From Entomortierella parvispora E1425 (Eukaryota; Fungi; Mortierellomycota), in contig BQFW01000013.1 in NCBI GenBank assembly GCA_020891255.1, positions 1,550,001-1,614,000 of the forward strand: a DNA stretch of 64,000 nt, read 5' to 3'. Positions 12,418 to 24,424 of this stretch are shown in pieces. How positions within the stretch are numbered: the first letter of the stretch is position 1; every line of letters starts with the position of its first letter. The translations under genes and the position numbers were made by a program. The notes below the pieces were generated by a model. The model worked only from the letters and a program-made list of their open reading frames with translations, did not search any database and was not told the origin of the DNA.

Positions 12418-15116
12418 CTAGGGATAGGGATGATGTGCCTCCATTGACGAACGCTGGTGAGGGTGGTGAGGATGGTGGTGTTGATGATGCTGCTGTTGCT
12501 GCTGCTTATGGGTAGAGGTGTGGTGTTCATAGTACTGATGACGTTGATGCGGAGGCAAGGCTTCCTGCTGTGGTTCATGTCCAGTTCGAGAGACTCCAGA
12601 ACTGGTATGGAACTCAGAAATAGAGACTGATGGACCATATTTCCAGTTTTCATTTGAGTTGGGACCTGGCAGGGACGATGGGGGTGCAGAGTACATGGGA
12701 AGGCCAGAGCGAGGTGGATGGGCGGGTTGGGAGGGTTCATGTGTAGGATATCTTTCAGGATAATATCCATTCATGTCGTGGCGGGGGTGCGATCCATAAT
12801 GCGACTCTTGCAGTGTGCTTCCTGGATATCCGGCGTATCTTTCTTGCACATGGGAGCGCCCCTGGCCCTGTGGGTTCTCCACCATGGCTCGAAGACTGGT
12901 CATGGTCAGAGCAGCTTCCTTCTTTAGCCTCATTTCGTCCGATTCTTCCTCTTCTTCCTCTTCACGGTTATCCGTAAGGTTATCTTGATAGGTCCTATCC
13001 ATCCTTGAGCCACGCTCTAGATTCTCTGGACTAGTACCCTGGTCTTCATTGAGGGCAACGTGACCGCTCCGGACTGTGCGTTTGCCATTTGATAGAGCGG
13101 GTCTTGATGATGATAGCGAAGATCCTTTTCCTGGAGCGGGAGCTTGTTCTACCGGGTATCCATTGGAGGGGTCACGTTGTTGGGAAGAGAGCGAGCGATG
13201 ATGACCATTAGAACCATGGCTCAGGGATAGCGGTGAGCGATCTGCAGGGTCGTGAAGTCCGTGTTCTTGGGATTCGACAGGCGATGCAGCGGGGGAAACT
13301 TCCTGAGAATGACTAGAAGGTACAAGGGTTGAATGGGACGTTTGTTGCGCCGGAGAGGACGTGGCTGATACTGTAGCAGATGAGGACGGTGAGGAGGATG
13401 ACGTTTCTTGGGGGATAAAAAGGATCATGCCGCTGTGCGTGGTGCGCTGGTGGGTGATCAGTCTGGCCAGTTGGGTATATGTTGCTCCACAGCGGTTGTG
13501 ACGACAGATGTATGGCCGTAACCCTTGATCTGTGTGAACCACCCGATGGTGGGACAGGGAGGATGACTAGTGCAAAAAAAAAAAAAAAAAAAAAAAAATG
13601 AACAAATGAAATTTCATCAAAAGAGTCGTCGTTTGCATGGTCTTTTTGTCCAACAAAGCTCAGCTTACGGTATGGAAAGCTTTCTCACAACCCTTGTAAC
13701 CTGCAAAAAAAGGAAGCATGCAGAAAGTAAAGTACGTTAATAGATAGCATTTCAGAAAATACTGCCTAGAGAAGAGCCGCAAAGGTATTCATACCACAAA
13801 GATAAGGGGGTTTGCCCGAGTGAATTCTGTAGTGGGTGGTCAGGCGCGAAGCAACCGTGAACTCTTTTCCGCAACGAGGCCAGCTGCAGCGAAATCTGTG
13901 GGCGAGTAAAAGAGGTTTAGTCAAAGGCAAGATCAAGGGACTGACGCGCATTGACGGCAGAGATGCAGCACAATCGCGGTTGTGACCCCAAGCTGGAAGT
14001 CGCAGGGTGTCAACAGAGGGGCGGGACATTATTCAAGGAGCGTGATATAAATATAAAAAAGAATAAATGTGTCTTCGGTAAATCAAGTTTAGAACAGGGT
14101 GTGGTGGACTTACTTTCCGTCCGAGTTTCTCTCAAAGTCAGGGGTGGGGCTTGACTCGGGAACACCCTGATCCAAAGCGTCATCCTCCTGCGTATCTAGC
14201 GGGGCTTGTGGCGCACTCGGTTGCTCGTGCTTTGCATGCTTTTTCTCTTGACTCTCTTTATCAGACATGACAAACCGAATCTCTAGCCGCTGTTGCTGCT
14301 GCTGTTCTGAATCCGCTCCGTTCGTGCTCACGCCAGACTTTTTGGATGCTTTTTTCTTTGGTTCGATGGGTCCAGTTTGAAATGAATCCTGAAAGGATGC
14401 GGCATCGCCAGCTAATACGCGAGAGAAAAGAAGGATTAGGACGATGTCCAATGTACATTTTGAAAGGGATCTCGGACATCGGCTGTATTTTCTTTGAAGG
14501 GGAACTCACCTTGCTGACGCATCTTTTTCTTGGCAGTGTTCGCAGTCAAGGCAAAAGTATCTGCAGGATTTGGGCCAAGCAAAGCCCCCGAGGAAGTGAC
14601 ACCAGCTGTGGCATTGTTGGTCGACAGAGAGCTTTGGGTGATGACGAGGGTCGACTTTTCCTTGGCAGGATTGACCCGCACATTGGCCCGAAAAGTGGAA
14701 GTGCTGTATCCATCATTGGTCTCATTTGGCTTGATTTTCTGGCCGGGTAACAAGCCATTAGACTTGGCAGTGCCGGGTGCCGTGGTAGAGTCGTGGAGCT
14801 GACATACAGAGACTGAGCTGGCATGTTTACGGGATGGGCCCGATGGTACTGCTGTTATTCCCAGAGTGGACAGGTGGCCTACTTCGCCGCTGAGGATGGA
14901 GGACAAAGGGGCGTTTGAAGACTTATCCTTTGCAGACAGGGTGGTCGTATTGCTACTGTTGGCATGAAAGGGGGCATCGAAGCGGAGGATGGAGGTGGAT
15001 GGGACAGCGGATGAGCATGGGCTGGGCGATGTCCGCTGTTGACGACGGGATGGCACAGGGCCCTCCTCGGGGACGGATGAGCCTCCGGGGGGGTTGAGAA
15101 TCTGGGAGAGATTCAT
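12418..15116 (-). CDS. C2H2 zinc-finger transcription factor (3 fingers)
   Basis: Exons 15116-14510, 14411-14114, 13895-13795, 13700-13669, 13566-12418 give FRCSWPRCGKEFTVASRLTTHYRIH, YLCGYKGCEKAFHTSSSLSHHRVVH and YICRHNRCGATYTQLARLITHQRTTH. Confidence 0.88.
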
Positions 15117-15586
15117 GATGGGATTGCTGATGGGGTTTTGCTGGACAGTCTGGTTCAATGGACGGAAGAATGGATGGATGGAATTAACCGAGCAGGACGA
15201 GAGGAGAAAGAAAGGGCCAAAAAGGGTGAGGGTGAAGAGTGGAGAGTGGGTTGGGGAAGGAAAAGGTCTTGGCACCAGAGGCGGTCGAGGAAACTGGCGA
15301 TGAGGGAGATTGAAGAGAGGAAGCGGAGACGAAAAAGAAAAAGTGAGGAAGGACAGAAGAAGAGAGGACGGATGGATGGACAGATGGACAGATGGACAGA
15401 TGGACGGAGGAAAAGACGAATGACGGAAAAGGGAAAAGCGGAGAGGGGGAAAAAAACAGAGCGTGTCGGGACACTGCCTGCGTGTGCGAACAGTGTTCTG
15501 TGGGTGTGTGCCAAAGTATGTTTGTGTGCAAATGTGTGTGCAAATGTGTGTGCGTGTGTGTGTGAAAGTGGGAGATCTATCTTTCA

Positions 15587-15606
15587 GTCTGCCTGTCTGC
15601 CTGTCC

Positions 15607-15700
<94 letters not shown>
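15587..15700. repeat. (TCTG)n tetranucleotide microsatellite
   Basis: More than 20 near-perfect gtct units, flanked by (GT)n-rich sequence, upstream of the C2H2 gene. Confidence 0.97.
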
Positions 15701-16235
15701 GTGCGTGAGAGCAACAAGAAGTGTGTGTGTGTTGTGCAAAAATGCTCGACCCGTTCTTTGCTATCCGTCACGACGTACCCTCTTCTCTTTGTCCCCCTCC
15801 TTGCGTCTCACTGCCTCTGCGCAAGACCGATATGGGAGACAATCCGCTTGCAATAAGAGATCGCTCTCTGCGGATTGGCTCGCAGCTCCATCACGTGCAT
15901 CAATTGCTTGCCCATTTCGGGTGACAAAGTGTGCGTTCCGCCCGCTGGCTGGCTGGGCCACATGTGTCTGTTCGTTTGTCTCAGGGACAGATTTTTTTTT
16001 CTTTGTTTCCTTCTTTCGTTCCTTCTTTTCTTTTGTTTCTTTCTTGTGTTTCTTTCTTCCTTTCTTCCTTCCTTCTTTTCTTAATTTCTCTTTCTTCTCT
16101 TCCTTCTCCTCTTTCTCTCTATTCTCTCTCTAGTCTTCCTTTTCTTTTTTCTTTTTTTTTTTTTTTTTTTTTTTGCAGTCGGTTTTCAATTCAAAGAATA
16201 GCTGGCAAGGAATAATATTTACAGAAAAACTAGAG

Positions 16236-19231
16236 TCAAAACGTTGGCGCATCCTCTTCCTCCTGCCCTCCGTCATCATAGTCGTCATGGCTCTCTACAT
16301 TCGAGGGTCCTGAAATCTCTGAAGTGCTCCACCCGCCATCCGTGCCATTGAGCCGAATCTGCCGTTGATGGAATCTTGCCAGACCGACATTATGGCAGAC
16401 GGTGATGCAAGTGATGTTCAAAAGTCGACACTGGTTAAACATTTCAATCTCTGAGTCATTATCCATTGAGCTGGTGGCCTCATCCAGCACTATCGAATTT
16501 TAAGATAAGCAGAATTAATCAACAGGGAACGTTCGTAACGAGGGCATGGCATACGTTTTCGAGACAATTCTCTCGTTCCTTCTTACCAGCAAAGACAGGT
16601 CGAGCGTAAAACAGACGGGCAAAAGCCATCTTTTGCTGCTCTCCTGGAGAGAGCATCTTTGTCCAGTCCAGGGTATATGTGAAATCAAAGTCTTGAACCA
16701 TTTCAGCAATATGTTCCAATCGCGCCAGCTTCAATACTCGTATAATCTCCGCATCCGAGACAGTGGCCGCGGTGTCCTTGTGAGGATAAACCAATTGCTC
16801 ACGAAGAGTACCATACGTCAAATAAGGCGTCTGAGGCAAAAAGATCAAATCCTTGCGGTACTGTTGAGGGAGAATCACTTGGCCTAGTCATGTCAAAGTC
16901 ATTTTAGTTTAGAAACCCGTATGCTTGACCAAATCGCCTCCTTTGACAAAAGAACGTAATTTCGGACCCACCTCTGCTCATTGGCCACAGCCCTCCCATG
17001 ACACGTAAAATCGATGTCTTCCCGGTACCTAGAATCGTACGGCGTTACTTAGAACTACAATTTGCATTCTGAAAAAGGTCCATGCTTCCAATAGTGCTCA
17101 AACCAAAGCCTACCATTAGATCCAACAATCATCGTATTTGTCCCCACCTCAAACGTATAAGTGAAGTCTAATTCGAAACGAGAAGTTCACACTGTAAGTC
17201 TCATAAGTTATCAGTCAATGAGAAAGGATTAATAAAATATTACCTGACACAATCAATTCGCCGGATGGTGTATTGAACGAGACGTCCTCAAAACGGATGG
17301 TAGAATCGGAAGAGACAGACTCTTCATGAGGAAAGTCAATGGCGATGTTCTCCATCTCCGTGTTCAAATTATCCAATGCCTCCATGAGCTGTCCAAGACG
17401 TGAAGTGTATCCTGCAACATCCGAAAAGTCTGTTCCACATTTGATAATCTTGGAGAATTGGTACGTCAAATACATGGAGACAAAAGATATCTATGGCACG
17501 ACGGAGAAATTGTTAGCAACTGACTGGAACAAGTCTCTGTCAATCGAACGAGCTTGTAGATCACCGAAACGCAATGGCCTACCTTGCTGATGACAACTGT
17601 GATGTCAGATGGAGGAAGATGGTCGTAGTCGCCCATGAAAATGGGGATTGCAATAATCACATAGCTCAAAATCGATCCAAAATAGGACACGCTCTGTTGC
17701 AAAACTAGAATTCGCAACACAAAAGTATTGTCAGCATCGATATCTGGATGGTTGAAAACCCAATTATTGTTGTCCAAAGATGACGGGACTTCATACACTG
17801 CAAAGGGAGTTCCTTGTAAATAACATTTAGTTGGTTCACCATGAGAACTTCCAGTGACTCGTCCGCACTATTCTTTGCCTCAGCTTCTCCTCGACTGAAT
17901 GTTATCGATTCCGCACACTGTCTGAAACGCACATGCAAAAATCTATCCCACATCATGAAAGAAGAATTAGTCAAGCAGAAATACAGCGCTGGGCGTTGCA
18001 TCGTATCAGAAAATAAGAAGATTTTGGATTGCCCACCTGAAGTAACCTTCAGCCGATTCCTTGTAGAAGATGGCGTCAACGATGGGATTGATCAAAATGC
18101 GACTTGTGATCGCGCTAATAATAAAGTATCCGTAAATGAAAAGAGGTCCGGTGTAACCTGCCAGGAGCCAGCATTGGTACGTGTAAAAGATGATCAAAAG
18201 TGGAATGATAATCAATTCTTCAACCATCCTCTTGAGAGACTCCATGAGCTTGTCAATGTCCTGTGTGATACGTTGGTCACTGAGGGTCATCGTAAAGAAA
18301 AAGCTGACAGTCAGTCTGCAGACCTACAAAATGCCAATGGCTATAAACAAAACTGCGCACTTACGGGTTGTCAACATCTTCCTCATGCATCATGGTTATC
18401 CGATAAAAGAGCTTTGGTCGGAGGTAAATACGATGGAAGTAGAGAGTGAGTGTCTTGCGTCCCTCCATGGCGAGTAGGCTGCCCAGCAAGAAGATGCCGC
18501 TTTTGCCCTAGTGTTTTTTTTTTTTTTTTTTTTGGAAAAAAAAAGCGAGATGGTCAGTTGAACTGCCAACAAGCAAGAGATTCGATCTGTGCAGCACGGA
18601 AAATGATCCGAGAGCGATGTGGTTCATGCAGGTCAACAAAGATTCATTGCAGCAGGCTGCATCATCTGCCCCCCCACACTCTACTTACAAACCCAGCCAA
18701 GAACACGGTGAATAGTGATGTTCCAAGCAATTGAAAGAACGCCGACTTTTCCTTATCAACGAGAACCTTGTAGTACCGTGAGGGGATGAGGCCAACATAG
18801 TAGACAATGCCTTCGTTCAAACAGCAGAAGAGGATCATGCTGATGTAGAGCCAAAAGACCATGGAGCGGTTTGCAAAGAGGACTTCCAGGATGCGAATAA
18901 ACCGCTTGAAGAAGAGGCTGTCTAGTTTGTATTCTCGCTTATCCTTTGGCTTGACGAAACCTGCACCGGGGTTGGTTACATGGCGTGGCACTGCCGTAGT
19001 TCTTGATCCCCATGAGGCAGAGGAGTTAAATGAAGTAGAAGAGGGGATGGAGGACCGGAGGAATGAAGGGAGACGGTTCTTAAGAGAGAGCATGAAGGAC
19101 TGGATCCTGGTCCTTGGCGTGGAAGGCTGAGGATGGGGATGGTAGCCATTTTGTGAATGGATGGATCCAGTCTCAGTGCGGTCCTCGTCTCTAGCCTCGT
19201 CCTCTGTGGGCACGAGGCGGTACATTGTCAT
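16236..19231 (-). CDS. ABCD4: ABC half-transporter, ABCD4-like (lysosomal cobalamin exporter family)
   Basis: Multi-exon gene with LDSLFFKRFIRIL, DNPDQRITQD, the EAA-like AESITFSRG, spliced Walker A GSNG|TGKT, FLPQTPY, signature LSPGEQQK (ABCD4-type LSPGE) and Walker B LDEATS. Confidence 0.82.
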
Positions 19232-20282
19232 GGTGCAAGACAGGAGGGGGATGTGACAAGGGAGGACGTAAAGGAAGGAAGGACGGCAAGGAAGAGGCAA
19301 CAGTTCGGCGGCGGTCAAAGTGGCCCTGGGAAAAAAGAGCCGTGATTGGGATTGGGATCTTGAATAAAAGATAAAACACTTAGAATATTATTAATAATAG
19401 TCACGATAAATATATTCTTATGTCTGCGCTCCACTCTCGTCGATCAGAAAGCCGTTATCATCTGTGGAAAGCTGAAAGGTCAAGCTTGTCGGACGAGATC
19501 GCTTTTATGATACCAACAGCCTTGTTCGGGGTTATCGGACGTGCTTCTGTCATCGTCATAACAATGACAGGGAGGACAAAGGACAAAGAGGGGTCATCCT
19601 GTCGTCCTTGAACACGCTTCGGCCACTGGAAGACAGATGGATGGCCCAGTAGAGACGAAGATATCAAGCGACAGAGACAAGCAGAAAGAAAGAGAGGGAG
19701 AGGGAGGAAGAGGGAGGACAGACGCGGCTCTCGTTCAGTCGTCTCTGCCCCCGCACCAAACTTTATTGTCAGCGCCACGCCCCATGTGCAACCATCCAAG
19801 GCACAACTTCACAAGGGTAGAATGTCATGTGATAATTGAAAGTCCCTCTGTTTCCTCCACTTTTTGATGACCTGTTGCTCTGCGTGTGTCGGTCATTGAC
19901 TTGTGAAGACGGGACACACATGCGCCCAGGGTCTTGTCTTTCTTTTTCTTTCTCCTCCTCCTCCTCCTCCTCCTCCTCCCCTCTCCTTGTTCCCTCTCCC
20001 GCCTCGCTCCTTCTCCACTCTTGTCGTCCAACCATTCCCCTCCTCCTCACCGACTTTTCTTCCATTCCTCGGTGCCACCCTCCCTCGACCCTTGCCGTAT
20101 TCTTGATTGCCAATCCGGAATATTAATCTCCAAAAAAAAAAAAAAAGGCCTTCCTGTCTGCGTGTCCCTTCTTTCTTGACATCATCGCTCCTCTTTTCCT
20201 TGCCTGATTCTCTCATTCATTCCCCTTCATCCCTCTCCTCTCCCCATTTCCAGCACCTCCGGTCGCCATCCTAGACACGACC

Positions 20283-23200
20283 ATGGGCATCTTTTCAAAG
20301 CCCGCCGCGACATCCGCTGCCGTCTTTGACCCCGTGGCATTCAAGGCCGTCCTTCTCAAAGTCGTCAAAGCCTACTCCAACAACAGATCTACAGTCAAGC
20401 GCTCCATCTGGATCACCATTCTTGTTACCATTGCCATCCGCATCCATGCCATGGCCACCAGCAAACCAAAAAAGAATGACAAACGGTCTGGTTTGAGCAA
20501 GGGAGATGGCAAGGCCGCTAAAGTCGCTGTATGTACCGCGGCAATGATCGATAGATCCTGGATCTATCAACACTACGAGATTGATCGGATACGGCAGTTT
20601 ACTGCAAAGGTACTGAAGAAAGCGCTGACCCATTGTCCAACTCCCAATTCTCGCAATATAGGTCGATCGTGTGTTCTTTGAACGTTTCATGCGAATCCTG
20701 AAGTTGGTCATTCCTGGCTGGAGATCAAAGGAGTTTTGGCTGTTGGTCGTCCACACTGGTTTCCTTGGTACGTTCAGCGATGTCCTTGTCCCTCTGATCA
20801 GTAGATGAGATTTCCCGATTTTTGATGGGGCAGGATGGGATACTCTCACTCGCGACAAACACAGGGATGACCTATAGCTTAAGCGATGGCATTGCTGCAG
20901 CTGTCTGAAAACGAGACGACGCGCGATAGACACCTGCAGATTGAGAGGCAGCGCTCGGCTTGTTATATTTCCGATCCACGTTGTTGCTGACTGCTCCCAT
21001 TTAATTTTTTTGTACCCCCACAGTCTTCAGAACCATGCTCTCGGTTTACATCGCCTCGCTGGACGGACGGATCGTCAGTGCCTTGGTCCGTGGACAGGCC
21101 AAAGACTTTATGGTCGGTCTTCTCTGGTGGATGACGGTTGCTGTTCCCGCTACCTACACCAACTCGATGGTGAGTATACTATGAACCCATTGTGACCAAT
21201 TGGCCAAGAGAAAAGGAAACTAACTCAATTGACTTTGTGCACACGTTCATGACGATAATAGTTGACGTACATGCAGAGCAAGCTCGCAATTCAGTTCCGT
21301 ACTCGTCTTACCAACCATATCCACGAGCAATATCTCACCGACATGACATTCTACGCCATTGGCAACTTGGATGATCGTATCAAGAATGCTGACCAGTACG
21401 TTCAGCCCTTTGGGTTTATGGGAGGGTGATAGTTCATGAATTGATCTGCGGAGCAAATTGTTTCTGACCCCTCCTTCACTCTGTCCTTCTAGATGTATTA
21501 CAGTTGATGTCAACAAATTCTGTACCTCACTTTCAGAGCTTTACTCCAATTTGGCCAAGCCTATCCTGGATGTGATCATTTACAACGTTCAGCTGTCCAA
21601 GAGCGTCGGTGGTGAGGGTCTCTTCGGTGTCAGTGCTCTGCTCCATGCCTCGGCCTTGGTTCTCCGCGCTCTGACACCTCCTTTTGGCAAAATGGTTGCC
21701 GAGGAGCAGCGTCTGGAGGGAGAATTCCGTTTCACGCACTCTCGTGTTATTGAAAACGCCGAAGAGATTGCACTGTTCGGTGGCCACGACATTGAAAAGG
21801 CCATCTTGGACAAGAACTACTTTGCTCTCATTAAGCACGTCAACCGTATCTTCCGCATGCGCGTCTGGCACGGAATGTTGGAAGATTTTATTATCAAGTA
21901 CTTCTGGGGTGCCATGGGTCTTGTTATTTGCTCCATCCCTGTCTTCTTCAAGCTTCCAGGACAGAGTGGAGGCTCTGACATTGGTGGCCGTACCGAGGGT
22001 AAGTTATAAGATGTTGGTCGAGCAAGCCTTCGTGGAGAAGTTTTGCATCTAACTCCGATATTACTGTGGGTCTCCTCGACTATTAGGCTTTGTCACCAAC
22101 CGACGCATGTTGTTGAGCTCCTCCGATGCTTTTGGTCGCATCATGTATTCTTACAAAGAGGTTACCGAGTTGGCCGGATACACTGCTCGTGTTTCCGAGC
22201 TGTTGGATGTCTTTGAGGATGTCAAGGCTGGTCGTTTCGAGAAGCGACTTGTTTCCTCAGCATCCACTGAGGAGAACGCCAAGGTTCTTTCTGGTCGCGG
22301 AGATGTAGTTGAGGATGATACCATCGAGTTTTTGGATGTGCCAATCGTGTCCCCTAACGGAGACGTGTTGCTGAAGAAGCTCAGCTTCTATGTCAAGCCT
22401 GGCATGCATCTCTTGATCGTTGGACCTAACGGTTGCGGAAAGAGTAGTTTGTTCCGTATCCTCGGAGGCCTTTGGCCCGTCTATGGTATGGACCAATCTT
22501 TTTTTTAATTTCTTCATTTGACGGACATGACATCTTTGGGCACCAGCAACCTGTCTAATCTTACTTTTTTTTAACCTCCACCCCTTGTTTTCTTTTTTCT
22601 GTAGGCGGTACCGTCCATCGCCCTAACCCCAAGAACATCTTTTATATCCCCCAGCGCCCTTACTTGTCTCTGGGAACCCTTCGTGACCAAATCATTTATC
22701 CTGATACCGTCGAGGACATGAAGGCCAAGGGTGTCACAGACCAGGATCTGCAAGACATTTTGGAGGTTGTTCAGTTGAACAATATTGTGGAGCGAGAGGG
22801 TGGTTGGGACCGCGAACGTGAGTGGCGTGATGCCCTCTCTGGTGGTGACAAGCAGCGTGTAAGTCCGAGTTGAGCAAAGAGGCTATTTTTCATTGATGAT
22901 TTGCTGCGAGACTGTGGATGGAATATTGATTGTCTTTTTATTTCTGATCGGTTGAAAATTGAAAACAGATTGCCATGGCGCGTCTCTACTACCATCGCCC
23001 CCGCTATGCAATTCTGGACGAGTGCACAAGTGCTGTGAGCATGGAGGTGGAGAAGATTATGTACACGCACTGTATGAAGTTGGGTATCTCACTGTTGACG
23101 GTGTCGCATCGCCCCTCGCTGTGGCAGTACCACAACTACATCCTTCAGTATGATGGTCAAGGAGGCTATGTGTTCACAAAGTTGGATGCCGAGCGCCGGT

Positions 23201-23352
23201 TGGCGTTGCAGGAAGAGCGCCAGGTGTTGGAGCACAAGTTGGCTGAAATTCCCAAGATTGAGCAGCGGTTGGAGGATTTGCGTAACCTGATCCGCGAGCG
23301 CGATGCGGGTATCAAGACCACGGCGGAGATTGAGGCCGAGCAGCAGGCATAG
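20283..23352 (+). CDS. Peroxisomal ABCD half-transporter (Pxa1/PMP70/ALDP-like fatty-acyl-CoA importer)
   Basis: Multi-exon gene with [47 protein letters not shown] and [11 protein letters not shown]. Confidence 0.92.
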
Positions 23353-23677
23353 ATAGATAAACAAAGAAACATACAGACGGACAGACCGAGAGCGTGGGCA
23401 GAGATGTCAAGTGCATAGATAAACTGAAATAATAGTCAATTGTAGCATGCAAATGTTGAATGCTATGTAGCTGGCCGCAGATCCACAAAGTCAGGGAGAC
23501 CATTCCCACCTTTCGGAGCCCGACAGGTCACTTAGTTGGCCCGGAAATGAAAATGAAAACGATGGAAGGCGCGATCGTTTAAGGGGCCAATCTCGATCTG
23601 ATTGATGGCCCGTGTGTGTGTCAGTCAGGCTGGCTGGGCCAGGAAAGAAAAGGCATGCATGAAGGAAAAGGCATTTC

Positions 23678-23713
<36 letters not shown>

Positions 23714-24424
23714 TCTCCATCCATCATCATCATCATCATCATCACCACCCCGTCCTCGTCCGTCCTCATTTCATCGTCATTCTCCTGATTCCTGTCCCCC
23801 TTGTTTTCTTCCTTTGATTGTCCCATTCTTCTTTCCATCCGTCCATTTGTCATCGGCTTTGTCACAGTCCATCTTCAGGATCACTCCTCTACACTCAGCG
23901 TCAGAAAACAGAGATAGAGACAAAGACAGCGCCCTGCCAGGAAAGAGAACCGAAGACAAGAGCGCCAAATAAACAAGCACACCACAAGGTAGACTGCGTA
24001 GTACCGTCTCTTTCTCCGTTCCTCCATCCGTCCCTTTTCCCTCCCTCTTCTCCCTCGCCTCCTCCTCCTGGCTGTCTCCTTTAAATCACATCGAACCGCA
24101 CCGCATCGCCTTGCCTTTGCCAGAAAGTCAAGTGGGATAGACACAGACCATCCGTCCTTTCACTTCTTCCCTTCTTCCGTTCCCTTGCTTCCACAATCCC
24201 CAAGCGCAACAACCACTCCTCTCTCCCTTGGTCTTTCTCCGTCCTGCACCCCCTTCCCTCCCCCCCCACTCCTCCTGCCCTTTTTCCCACTCTGACAAAA
24301 CTCGTAATGTCTTTGACGTCTTTGTCTTTGTGATTTCATTCATCCCAACTGATCTATTTTATCTCCTTGTCGTTGTCCTTGTCATCATTGCCTCGTCATC
24401 TTCAGCTCAAGTCTCTCTTGCTCC

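Noticed and set aside
15138-16133. 331-aa plus-strand ORF
   Set aside because: It runs through purine tracts, the (TCTG)n microsatellite and T-tracts. It is a low-complexity artefact in promoter/terminator DNA.
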